Positions 15,624 through 27,534 of a stretch of DNA of 64,000 bases are shown here, piece by piece (the stretch's first letter is position 1; every line of letters begins with the position of its first letter). Under the pieces are notes generated by a model that made no database searches, was not told the DNA's origin, and saw only the letters and a program-made list of their open reading frames with translations. The position numbers and the translations under genes are program-made. Origin of the DNA: Dimorphilus gyrociliatus (lineage: Eukaryota > Animalia > Annelida); contig CAJFCJ010000028.1 in the NCBI GenBank assembly GCA_904063045.1, positions 372,001 through 436,000 on the forward strand, in the 5' to 3' direction.

Positions 15624-17433
15624 TTATGCTACGGTATCAACTGATGGAGTTGCTGTTAGTAGCTTAGTTTTCATATGATCTCCGTAACAAGTTTGATCGT
15701 GTTGACAAACTTCTAACGAACGTGTAGTGTCACCGTAAGTATTACCAAAATGATATCTTCTCTCTATAGAGGAAAATAGTAGTTTATGTTCAATGTTTGC
15801 TCAAGTTGTTTTGATTTAAGTAAACATACGGTGACAGTGGCCTGTATACTTAGGTATCATTCCAGGCTGTACAAAGATCCTCTTAGAGTACATGGCTCCT
15901 GGACCTGCTGCTGGTACGGGAGCAGCTTTGTACAAACTAACAGGCGTTGATCGGCTTAATGCTGCTCTTTCTGTCTCTCCGTAAAAATTTTCCAGTCCTA
16001 GTTTCGTAGTACGATTATATCTGTAAATATTATATTATGAAGCGCCATCTTACGACCTTTTCATCATTAATGAAGTTCCCTATAAGAGAAACCAAAGTAA
16101 ATTTACCTTGCACCAAGTCCCAATTCTGTAACATCGATTCTAGGCACAAATCCCAAATATCCAGGTACTGGAGGTTCTGTCGGTAACCTCTTATCCTCAG
16201 CCATTACTGGACGCCTTGGGTGAGTATCACGATAAGTGTTCAAATGGTCCCTGACCTCGGGGTCAAAAGCTTTTGCCTGTAGAACAGGCCTGCAGCTGGA
16301 ACTCATTCTCAAAGAATGAGCGTCATTACTAGTTTTCTCATAATTTCTTAAGTGCTCATCGATACAATAGTCGCAGTCGACTTTATAAGTATCGCCAAAT
16401 TTAAAAGGCTTCCTCGGAATATATCCCGTATAGCCGGGAATCATTTCTTCGGTTAATTTGTTGTCTCCCGAAGGTTTAGGCAGACGTAGGTGTCTTGGCG
16501 GAATTGGTTCCAATTCCGGTCTAGCATCTTTATTCTGTTATCAAGCATATAAGATAGGCAAATATAGGACGATAATTAACCGTTATATTTCACTATATAA
16601 CTTTATAGACTTGTAGGTCAAGTATAAAATATTTAAATAGAGTAGAATTTAGCGTAGGCTTTCATAAACGGACTTGGATATTGAAGAAAGCCTAGATTTA
16701 TAATAGAAGAGAAGAAATTACGATAAAATTCAATATTAAGTCGATTACTACGATAATCTTAGAATTAGCAAAAAAATTGATTTTTTATCTTTAACCGTTG
16801 GCGAGAATTTCAAAGAAAGATAGGAAGAAATTAAATTAAGCTTTCTCTCTCTTTTTCTCAGTTCGTTATTTATTTAATGATTAACGTCGTCATTCCTTCA
16901 CCAAGTAAATTACGTGAGAATTTATTTCAACAATTAGAGCTTAATGAATTGTTGCTAGGTGATAAAACCAGTTAAAAGGGTTTGCCATTTGACAATGCTA
17001 GTGACAGTTTTCGTTCAATTTCTGCTCTTAGTGGACATTTTAAACAAGGCTAATTGACGTTGGTAACGGAGGCTTAATTATCCCATTCAATATATAAAAT
17101 AGGGTACATAGGAAAAGAAAGCAATGGAATTGAATAGGGAATTCAACTAACCGTAAGCAATTCGTGAGTGTCTTGTCCATAAGTTTTTCCATTCCTATAT
17201 TTTAACTGTGGAATAAAACCCCGATACCTAAAGGATAAAAAGAAGAATAAACACGCTAATTACTTATGACAAACATTCTTCAACCGTTTTCTAATGTTTG
17301 TACAATTCTAACCACAAACGGCCAATAAGAAAAGACAAACACTTTACCCAGGCAATTGCGTTCCGTCCTTCAATCCAGCGAAGGATCTTCTCTGTTCTAA
17401 AGTCGGTCCGCCACCGTATTGTATAGTAGCCAT
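15624..17433 (-). CDS. C10orf82/SPMIP5-like sperm/ciliary microtubule inner protein (PGY-repeat, FAM166-related); 5 coding exons
   Basis: Spliced protein MATIQYGGGPTLEQRR...PGYRGFIP...IPGYTGYIP...EPPVPGYLGFVPRIDVTELGLGARY...MIPKYTGH. EPPVPGYLGFVPR..VTE.G.GARY resembles human C10orf82 [25 protein letters not shown]. Confidence 0.75.
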
Positions 17434-17518
17434 CTTATTTTATTCGGTTTCTTCTCTAATTCGAATAATTGTTAGAAACAGGCGGAAAAAAAAACCAATC
17501 AAACTTTCGTCCAATCGG

Positions 17519-17551
17519 GTTGTCAAGGCACAGGTAGCGTTGCTTAGCAGG
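17519..17551. promoter_or_regulatory. Two imperfect RFX X-box-like motifs upstream of the SPMIP5-like gene
   Basis: GTTGTCAAGGCAC (17519-17531) and GTTGCTTAGCAGG (17539-17551), about 90-120 nt upstream of the ATG of a ciliary gene. They are imperfect matches to GTTNCCATGGNAAC. Confidence 0.3.
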
Positions 17552-18235
17552 TGTTGGACGTATTGATCACCTATAGACCGTTTTCGCCCGCCAATATTCA
17601 ATTGGCTGTCTTCAACTGAACGAAATAAGAATAAGTAAAAGAGTACTTTTTTTGACATTTATTCAGGTGGGTCTAATTTCTTATCTAATATCTTATATAA
17701 AAGTAATGACCCGGATAGTATATCATTTGTTTTAAATGCTTAAAAATAGATTGCTATTAGATAAGAGGTTGATATATTTATTCAACTGGCGTTTATTTGC
17801 AATCTACTTTAGATAAACTGCAATTAAATTAATAGAAAGAATAAATGTTGGATATCCATATCGGAGACTGACTAGAGTAGTAATTAATCCAATAAATTAT
17901 ACGGCAAAGGTAAAAAAAAGTTTGCAAAACAAAAAGAAAAAAAGACATAGAGAGTGAAAGGGAGAGAGAGAGAGATAGATAGACAGAGAGAGACCGAGAT
18001 AGAGAGAAAGAAAAAGAGAGACATATACATAAAGGAAAAAAAGATAAAGATCAATATCTTATTGTTCCTTCATAAAAATTTAGTAATTTGATAAGGTTAC
18101 TTTTTCTTTTCATTTGAATTTTATATCTATACTGTTGTTATAACATTCATCAATATGTTAATTATCGTTCTACAGTATACAAACCCATTATTTCTTTAGT
18201 ATAATTTTTAATATATTCTTTAATTCTTTTAGACA

Positions 18236-21200
18236 ATGGGAAGTACTAATACCAAAGTCACATCAGGAGTAAAAGCCCAAGCAGCCGGTATAACTTTTGA
18301 TTTATATTCTTTGGTCAACGTCAAAGGAGGCGGTGAACTTATCGATTTAATGAAGGATGCAAACAAAAGTCGAAATTATAAAGAATTGGATAGAAGGATT
18401 ATTGAGGGTGTAAAACCATTTTTATATAATGAAGGTCGTGGAAAAATTGTTGATATAAGAGAGATTTTAGCGTATAGAAGTTGTAAAGCCTCTCCAGAAA
18501 TCAATTTTGAAATGTCGGACACCGAATTTATAAAGGCTAATGGCTATCAGACAAAAGAAATCTGTTGGAAATTGGATAAACTTGGAGCAGTTGGGGAAAC
18601 AATATTACATACTTGTTTATTAAGTTCTACAGCGTCACACGCTGATTTAGCAAAACGTTTATTAAAACATTTTCCAAAGTTGATTAAGGTAAATAATCAT
18701 TGTTTTTCTTTAGTACAAGGTTAGCCGATCGAATATATTTGTATATTTACAGCATATACGTATTTTGTTTATAGAATTCAATTGTGTCCTCTATTTTTTA
18801 TTAACAATGAAATTGTTATCAATAGGATATGTACCTGAGTGACGAATATTACGGAGAGAATGTCCTTCATATGGCTATTGTAAATGAGGATCCTGCCATG
18901 GTTAAATTCCTTCTAGACCACGAGGCTGATATACATCAGAGATGTTGTGGTAACTTTTTCCTTCCGGAAGACCAAAAAGTTTATAAAACCCATTCCTGGC
19001 TACACGAATGGTACGATCTACCAACCGATACCAATTATTATGGTTATACGTATTGGGGTGAATATCCTATTGGATTTGCCGCTTGCCTAGGTCAAGAGGA
19101 ATGTGTAAGGTTACTAGTAGCAAATGGAGCTGACCCTAATCTTGTTGATTCAAATGGGAATACAGTTCTTCACCTTTTAGTTATACACGATCAAAAGGTA
19201 AGTAGTATATTTTTTGACCTTTAAACTTTTACCTTTATTAGTTTAAATACTTTTATAATATAAAAAAAGTTTATTTTTATATTTTCTGTACTGTAAAGAC
19301 TTGTAATATATAATATTATTTAATAATATTGTCCTAAAACTGATTAAAAAATTGAACTAAATGTATAAAAAAAGATGAGGGAACGAGCAATGACTGGAAA
19401 GGTATGTAACATAAAGTCTGTTTTGTAATACTGTTTTTAAAAGCGGTTAGTGAAGAAAGAGAGGAAAAAAAGTGATATAAAAATCAATATAGCGTCTAGC
19501 ATGATTGTAATGTTTGGCTGTCACATCCTGAAAACATTGATTTATCGACGTGTTTGTTCAATGCAATTGCGGAATTATAACGCCGTCAGTTCGGTTAATG
19601 ACAGCTATGATTTTAATAATGAACGACATTTACTGATTTTTTGCGTTCCATTTATATATTTACATTTCCAAGTCGATAATTCGCACTCAGAATTACTAAA
19701 ATCTAAGAGAAGTTCATTTATATTCATACGTTCAATTTTCTAATAGTCTTTCTTATACAAACTATGTATTTTATCTAAAACTGTATATAAGAAACCTTTT
19801 TTCATAATAATCAATTAAAATTCAAACAAACATCATTACGTAATACTTAATTTATGCTTTACCAGTTAAGTGTAAGGTAAAGGTATCAACGGCATCTCTT
19901 TTTTTTTTACCTTCTTTGTATATTTCATCATAGGCTTAGTTTTTAAATTTATAAATAGAAAAAGTTGAAAAGGAAAGGAAAGAAAAAAGAGTTGAATTTT
20001 TTTGAAAGCGTTTGTTTTTTTGGTTCTCGTTCATTGAATAGTTTAAAATAAGATACAATAAAAGCACTCTGTTTTATTTCAATATCGTTTAATAGAGCCA
20101 TTAAAGGGTTGATTGACGTCGATAATATCGGAAGGAAATGATCATAAACATAATTGCCTTTTAAAAAATAAAGAATTCTAATCTTTTTTCCTCGTTCCTT
20201 TTTAACTAAACCTAACAGATTATCCTAGTCTTATCATTCTGATTTAGGGGAGATATTAATACAAACTCTTTCACTTCTCTTAACATTTATATAGGCTTAA
20301 CAACACGAAAAGACCTAGAATTCTTTAGATGTGATAGATAATTTTACTAACATTATCGGTAAATATAGATAAATTATGAAAAGAACTTGAAAAAAAAAAT
20401 ATTGATATACAGTATATATATAGCTATATATAAATATATATATTGTCTAAATATAGGAAATGTATGAAAGAAAGTGAGAATGTTTAATTTTGTTGTTTCT
20501 TTTTAAAATAGGATAACTAAAAAAATAATTATAATAATATTTGTTTTTTTTTTAAAAAAACAAACCACCATAAAATTTTCCCTGGTAAAAATTTGCAGTA
20601 CTGCCAACCAGAGGTTTGAATTTCTTTTTACAAAACAAAAAAAAAGATGATTAAGTTTATTCTGGTTTAAGTTATTTGTTATATTTATTGAATTTTACCT
20701 ATTCCCATACATTTATATAATTATATATATATATATGTGTATATAAAAAGATATATAAATTTATATATACAATGTATATATTTAGATATAAATGTATAAA
20801 GTTAAATGTAAAAGATTCTCCCTTTAAATTTTGTAATTAGCAATTGTTTGATTCATTTTGATTTAACATAGCATTATCGTATAATAAGAACAAAGGAAAA
20901 GCAATAATCAATGAATATTAATAATTTGAAAAGTAAAAAGTATTCATACATTTTTTGCAGTATTTAGGCTTTATTGTCGACAGTTATTTACTAAACCAGT
21001 AGAATGTTCTGTGACTAACTTAATGTCTTATTATTTTTTATAATGTAGTTTTTGTATTGAATGAATTTTGGTGATTAATTTTTTTTTGTTAATATTAACA
21101 AATTTATCTATATAAACAGTATATATATATATATTTATATTTAATTGAGAAAAAGATAAAAAACAAAAATTCCTCTTTTCATCATATTAAACCTATTTAG

Positions 21201-21763
21201 ATCCTAGTGAAATTAGTGGCAAATTTTTTTTTTATAAAAAAAATTCTACACTACCTTATTCCTTAATCAAACCCTTAGTCAATATATTTATTTAACCCCT
21301 GATTTTTTTTTTTGTACACCTCTAAAAAAAAATATACAGGAATATACAAATGCCCAGGTTTGTAACAAAAAACAAAAAGAAAAGGGAAAAAAATTACCAA
21401 AACACTCTTTAAAGAGAAAGTTTAATATTATTGTTTTTTTAAAAAAACAATTATTTTATTTTTTTTTAAAAAATCAGAAAAAAAAGTTTCTTTTTCTTGT
21501 AGAAAAAAATTTTATATATTTTTTTATACTTTGCTTTTTTTTTTTTTAAAAAAAAAATACACAAATTTTTCTTCTTACTTAAAGAAAAATACTGGAAAAA
21601 TGGAAAAGAAAGAATATAAAACGAATATAATATTTTATTATCTTTTAGTTTATATAAAGAAATAATGAAAATAAAATAAAATAGCCTAAATTATTTTTCA
21701 ATTGTTAGTTATTCATTTATATAATATGTAAAGGGCTCATTTATGTATTATATACAGTATACG

Positions 21764-21813
<50 letters not shown>

Positions 21814-24800
21814 AATAGTATATAATACAAATACACTTGAACCATTTCTTTATTCTATATCTGTTTTTCTATCTAATGTATTATGCATAGCATATTTACA
21901 TGTTTATATGTTTCTTTATAGTATATGCATGAATATGTTGTGAATACAAATATTCAGTATGTAGATTATATGTTATGTATTTGTAAATATATATACAATA
22001 TATGCAAATATAAACTAATAATTATACAGACATTTCATATATCGTATATTCTATATACATAAATATTGTAACTAATTAGGTGTTTATAAAGTTTTTTTTT
22101 ATTTATTTTTATTAAAAGTATCTTTTGTTTTTTTAAAGAAAAAAAAAGACTATTCTTTTCTTTTTTTTCTTTTACTATTAGAAATTTAAAGAAACTTGTA
22201 TATTTAACGAAAGTTAATATGCATCTATATATTAATTATATATATATATATATAGATGCATATCTATTCTTTTCAACTTTAGTTTTTATTCTAATTAATC
22301 CTTTTCAGGAAATGTTTGATTTATTAGTTGAACTCGGAGGAAAATTGAATATAAGAAATCATCAAGAGTTAACTCCTCTAACTTTAGCTGCGAAATTAGC
22401 AAAAAAAGAGGTATGAATAATAAATTATAGGGATTTATTTATGAAAAAGAATAAAGGATATTATCTGTTATTTAGTTAAGTAATAAATGATTTCGAAGGA
22501 TTAAAAGCGTCATCTAGAATAAAGAAAGCATAAATTTATTAAGAGTTTTTTTTCGTTTATAGTGTAATAAATTCTCGTTTATTGTTTTTATTTAAGAATG
22601 GTCTGTTGTAGTACTTTTCGTATTAAAATCATAACAGATGTACGAACATATTCTTAAAATTGAAAGAGAAGTTTATTGGACATTTGGTGATGTTACTTGC
22701 GCTGCATACCCCCTTGACCATATTGATACTATTTCATCTACTGGAGAAATTAATACCAACTCTGCAATGTACCACGTAATATATGGAGATAAACAAGAGC
22801 ATATAGATATGATAGAAGGACTTATAGGTAATTTATTGGATCAGAAATGGAAGACATTTGCAAAATTTAGATTCCTGAGAAGATTCATAGTTTTCACAAT
22901 GTACTTTGCCGTTTTTGTTGTGGCTTTTTCTCTAAGACCCGGAACAGATACTGATCCTAAAATTCGCCCAGAAAATCGAACCAACTCAGCCGGTCAAACA
23001 TTTTTAGTAAACAATACTATAAAGAATCCTTGCTATCTCCAAAGAACAAAAACATGGGAAGATTACACTCGATTAGTATTAGAATCAATAATGGTTTTAG
23101 GAGCGACAATATATATATTATTGAGTTTGAAAGAAGTCTATCATCAAGGCTATAAGATATTCTTTCAAACGTTAAAGTCAGCTCCAGCCAAAGCTATGTT
23201 TCTTATGGCAAACTTTTTCGTTCTCCTTATGCTTCCTGGAAGAGCCGCATGCGCATTTACATACGAAGATGTAATGGGGGTTCTAGCTATATTGTGTACA
23301 GCTCCGTATTTTTTATTTTTTTGTCGGTAAGTCATAAGAGAGTAAATCAATCATCGCCTTTAGTTTCAACGTTTTCTTTTCATTTGATTAGCGGTTTTAA
23401 GCTTGTGGGACCATTCGTCGTAATGATCTACAAAATGATTAGAACTGATTTGTTAAGGTTCTTTACGATATACTTGATATTTGTTATTGGATTCTCTCAA
23501 GGTGGGTAAAGATTTATATCTTTTTAATATCTAGTTTTATCTTTATTGCTATATTATCACTATTAACTATTCTGTATCCATTCTTGATAGGGAAAAACTT
23601 TTTCATACTATATAAGCATTGATATAAAATGTATTATATATATATATATATATATATATATTAGTATATATAAATTTATATATATATATATATATTTAAC
23701 TATATAATTTTTAGGTTAGCATAGCCTTTCGAAGCTGTAAATAAAAAAAAAACAAATTATAATTGATTATTTAAGCCTACTATATACTGTACCGAAATCG
23801 AGAAAATACAGTGTTCAATAACCCGGCCGAGGCAATCATGGGTTTGTTTATTATGTCATTGGCCCAGTTTGCTGATACTTATGAAAGTATGTCGGATTTT
23901 GGAATATTTCTTGGAATTTTTCCAAAGGTAGAAATAAATTTAAAAAAAAATATGGCCAATAAAAACTAGGTTAAATCGTTTCTTTTTTAAATTCTTGTAT
24001 TAAGTTTTTATCCATAAAAAACTTTTAGTTAAAATTGTTTCTCCATAGATTTTTATTAGTTTGTTTCTTTAGTTTAAAAGAATTTACAAACAAAACAAAA
24101 AGGTTGATGCAAAATATAAAAAATATACTATTCATACAACCTCATATACATACATGAATGTTTTTACTATAGCCTACTACATTTTATACCGCGATAAAGC
24201 TTGGACGATGTTCTCTGAACCTTTTGAAGCCGTTATGGCAATGTTTATAATGAATTTAGCACAGTTCCTTGATCTATACGACTCATTCTCAGAATTTGAA
24301 GAATTGCATTATATACCGAAGGTGTGAAAAGAATTGTATAAAGTAGTTATTAAACAAATTATGTATGTAGCATATAAAAATATACATAAACAGTAGGTTT
24401 TAGTATATTTTTATAAGTACATATTTAAACCCTTCGCTTGTTTACCATCACCTAAAAACAGCACCAAGAAAACCACGATATTTATATACTGTATATATAT
24501 ACTGTATATATATACATATATATATATATATATACACGTATATGTGGAAATGTGCATGGTGCTACTCTTTGAATATGTAGTTAGTTAGTCAACTTGTCAC
24601 AATTTTTTCACCAATACCTACATATAGTTTATCCAAATTTGTTATAATTTTACTAACAATCCTTATAAGTTTATTTATGGTTTAAAAATTTATAATTATA
24701 CTACTAAATTTAAAACGTAATAGAGGAAGAGAAAGAGAAGGAGAAAGAGAGAAAATGACAGAATTTATTGATTAACCAATTTAAAATTTAACTAATTAAT

Positions 24801-26832
24801 TCGCAAAGATATAATATATTCCAATTGTTTAATTAAAATTTATTATAAAACAGCCTACTATATCATATTTAGAAATACTCAACAATATTCATATTTTCAC
24901 GATCCTATTGAATCGTTTATGGGAATGTTTGTTATGTCTTTGGGTGAATTTAAGGAGATATATTCATCTTTTCACCAATTCAAATTATATGACGTCGTTC
25001 CTAAGGTGCCTTTTATCTTTTTAAGTATAGTTGTTTAAAAAATAAAGGAAAAAAGAACAAAATTTTCTTGCTAATTCAGCTAATTAATTCTTCATGTCTA
25101 TCTTTCGATTTGTACTTGATTCAACCTTTGTCATTGACAAAGAATTAGTTAGTTGTTTACTCTATTCATAACATGATATAATTTGCATGAGAAAAGAAAG
25201 GTTTTATAGAGAATTTTCAAGAATAAATAAAAATCAAGTAGGGAAAAGAAACATAACAAAGATTATTAAAAATCCTACAAGTTAATTAATTTATTTTGCA
25301 TGTTAAGCATTTATTCGTCATATTATAAATGATTAAAGAAAAACAGTAAATATGTGACATTTTCTAATAGATACAGCTTTTTATAATGTTTAATTTTAAG
25401 TTTAGTACATTGGCACAATTAACCATTAATATAAAATAACCTTCCCCTATAATTTTTCAAACTATTCATAACGATTAATAGTCTTTACAAGTTAATCGTT
25501 AAGACGTGAATAGACATCTGATTAACCATTATAAATAATTGCAAATATTCTAAAGTCTATTTATCGTCTTCATGAATATAAATTAGATGAATGTACATTT
25601 ATTTATTTATTCATATTTTATTCTAACATGTAATATATCGATACTTGATTACCAATTCTTGTCTTATAAATTATTTAAGATTATTGATAGTGACGAATAG
25701 GGTAATCAAATATCATATATCAGTTTTTTAGCTGTGTCGTAGAAAATCCTAAATGACAGTTGCATGCAGGAATGTTCGTTATGTTTAGAAGTACCCCAAG
25801 TAATATCTTCCTACATCCCATAGAAGCAATGATGGGCATGTTTATTATGTCTCTCGGCGAATTTGCCGACATTTATGAAGCTTTTTCTAGTACACCATCC
25901 AATACAATGTCCCAGGTTCCTAGCGTTGTTAAATGTTGAAAAAAACCCTATTCTTACCGTCTTCTACTTTTAATCATTTCCAAAAGAATTCAGTGTCTCT
26001 TACCTCGGTGTCTCTTTATATTTTATTTCTTTTTTTTTAAAAAAAAAAAATAAATCAAATAAAAGAAAATTATATTAATATATACTGTATATGTGCTTTT
26101 TCTGTATATATATAAAGTATATATACTGTATATACTGTATATTAGTATATATTATATATATTTTTATACACAGTATATATATATATTTATATATATTGCC
26201 ATTAAATCAATCATTCACATTTTTTTTTCAATTTCCATGTTAAAATATTTCTTTTCTTGCTTTTATTAAGTTTGGTTAATGTTGTTTCAACTTATTCTAT
26301 ATACTTTTTATATTAGTTAGAAAGTATTGCATTCCTATACCTCTTATAATTTTAATATGAAATTTCTACAGTTAATATTTGTTGTCTATATGGTACTCGT
26401 TACTTTACTTCTGGTAAATATGTTAATCGCTATGATGGCTAATACGTATCAAGTTGTCTCCGAAACCCAAAAAGAATGGCTTAGACAGGTATTATTTTAT
26501 TGTTAGAGTATATACCCCTGCCAATACTTGCTATTATTGTTTTCTATAGTGGGCCAAAATTATTCTTGTAATTGAACAAACTGTAACAACATCCGAAAGG
26601 AAAAAACAGTTGATCAATTATTCAAGACCAATGAAAGATGGACGAAGAGCATTGGTTATAAAATGGCATCAATCCGTAAAGATACTATATATTGTTTCGT
26701 CACATTTCCTAACATCTCTCTTTGCAGGAAAAGGAAAAAGAAGAAATTCAAGAACAAAAAGAGGAAATAAAAAACAGACATATATCCATTGTCCAGAAGA
26801 ATTTATCGGATAGGCAAGCGAAAGCATTATAA
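18236..26832 (+). CDS. nan: TRPV channel, Nanchung/OCR subfamily. Constitutive exons 18236-18688, 18826-19197, 22309-22410, 22638-23326, 23392-23501, [one of four pore cassettes], 26372-26488, 26550-26675, 26728-26832
   Basis: N-terminus [16 protein letters not shown]...[13 protein letters not shown] resembles insect Nanchung (MGNTESNVTSGVKKQA..LYKFVNLKGGG). Ankyrin repeats ([30 protein letters not shown]); S4-S5 [16 protein letters not shown]; S6/TRP region [14 protein letters not shown]...EWLRQWA. Confidence 0.93.
21766..21809. repeat. (AT)n microsatellite in TRPV intron
   Basis: About 22 uninterrupted AT units. Similar (AT)n or (AG)n tracts occur elsewhere, e.g. ~37233-37262, ~39756-39788, ~38279-38302. 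Confidence 0.9.
23776..23927 (+). CDS. nan: TRPV pore cassette exon A
   Basis: TTAAG|CC TAC...CCA AAG|GTAG, 152 nt, phase 1 in / phase 0 out. Encodes [51 protein letters not shown] with no stop. Confidence 0.85.
24173..24321 (+). CDS. nan: TRPV pore cassette exon B
   Basis: CTATAG|CC TAC...CCG AAG|GTGT, 149 nt, phase 1/0. Encodes [50 protein letters not shown]. Confidence 0.87.
24854..25005 (+). CDS. nan: TRPV pore cassette exon C
   Basis: AACAG|CC TAC...CCT AAG|GTGC, 152 nt, phase 1/0. Encodes [51 protein letters not shown]. Confidence 0.87.
25770..25915 (+). CDS. nan: TRPV pore cassette exon D
   Basis: ATGCAG|GA ATG...TCC CAG|GTTC, 146 nt, phase 1/0. Encodes [49 protein letters not shown]. 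Confidence 0.87.
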
Positions 26833-27534
26833 ACTTTTTACAGATTATAAAAATAAGACTATTCAATACACCTATATATACTTTTTGCATAAATGAATAT
26901 CAATTATGATTCAATCAGAGGAAAAGTACAAAAAGAAGAAAGGAAAACGAATAAATCTAAGAGAAAAAAAAACCTAACTGACTAACTTCCTTCCTTTTCT
27001 ATCAATAAATTATCTTTTATGTATTTTCTTATACCTCCTCCTCTTACAAGTTCAATAGATCGATAAGAAATAGTTAGAAAGAAAGAAAAAAATTGACAAA
27101 AAAAATAATATTTATTGCGTGTTCTTTCCATTCAAGATGTTTATACGCTACCAATAATTGAATATGTCTATAATTTTTTATACAAATGACAAAGAAACAG
27201 TGCACTTTTTTATTTTAAAAAATTATAAATATGAACCAACAACAAACTATTTTGAAAAGAATCTTTTTTTATCTTATATTTCGTTGGTTAATCAAGCTTA
27301 AAATCACCATAAATCGCTTTTTTAGCATTTATATTAGAGAAATTGTCATTCAATCGTTCAAAATATTGAAAACAAAGTTGCACTGTAATCAAAATATTCT
27401 ATTATTCTAGAACTAAGTTAACCTGAATGTTGTAAGGTGAAGAAAAGTTGAATTATAAATAAAAATAAAGGAAATTTTATGAGATAGACATACTACTTAA
27501 AAAAGTGGACTAAACGCCTTAATCAAATGATAAT

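Noticed and set aside
16862-16958. Plus-strand exon-like stretch (pyrimidine tract, open frame, GT) inside SPMIP5 intron 2
   Set aside because: The pyrimidine tract is the complement of a GA-rich tract, and I found no partner exons or recognisable motif.
24098-25130. Possible docking/selector pairing AAAGGTTGA (intron A-B) with TCAACCTTT (intron C-D)
   Set aside because: Only 9 bp in AT-rich sequence, with no equivalent element found for each cassette. Chance cannot be excluded without comparative data.
23776-25915. Alternative reading: the four pore segments are fragments of tandemly duplicated TRPV genes or pseudo-exons
   Set aside because: Only the pore exon is repeated; the flanking S5 and S6 exons are single. 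All copies keep open frames, matching phases and AG/GT ends despite high divergence.
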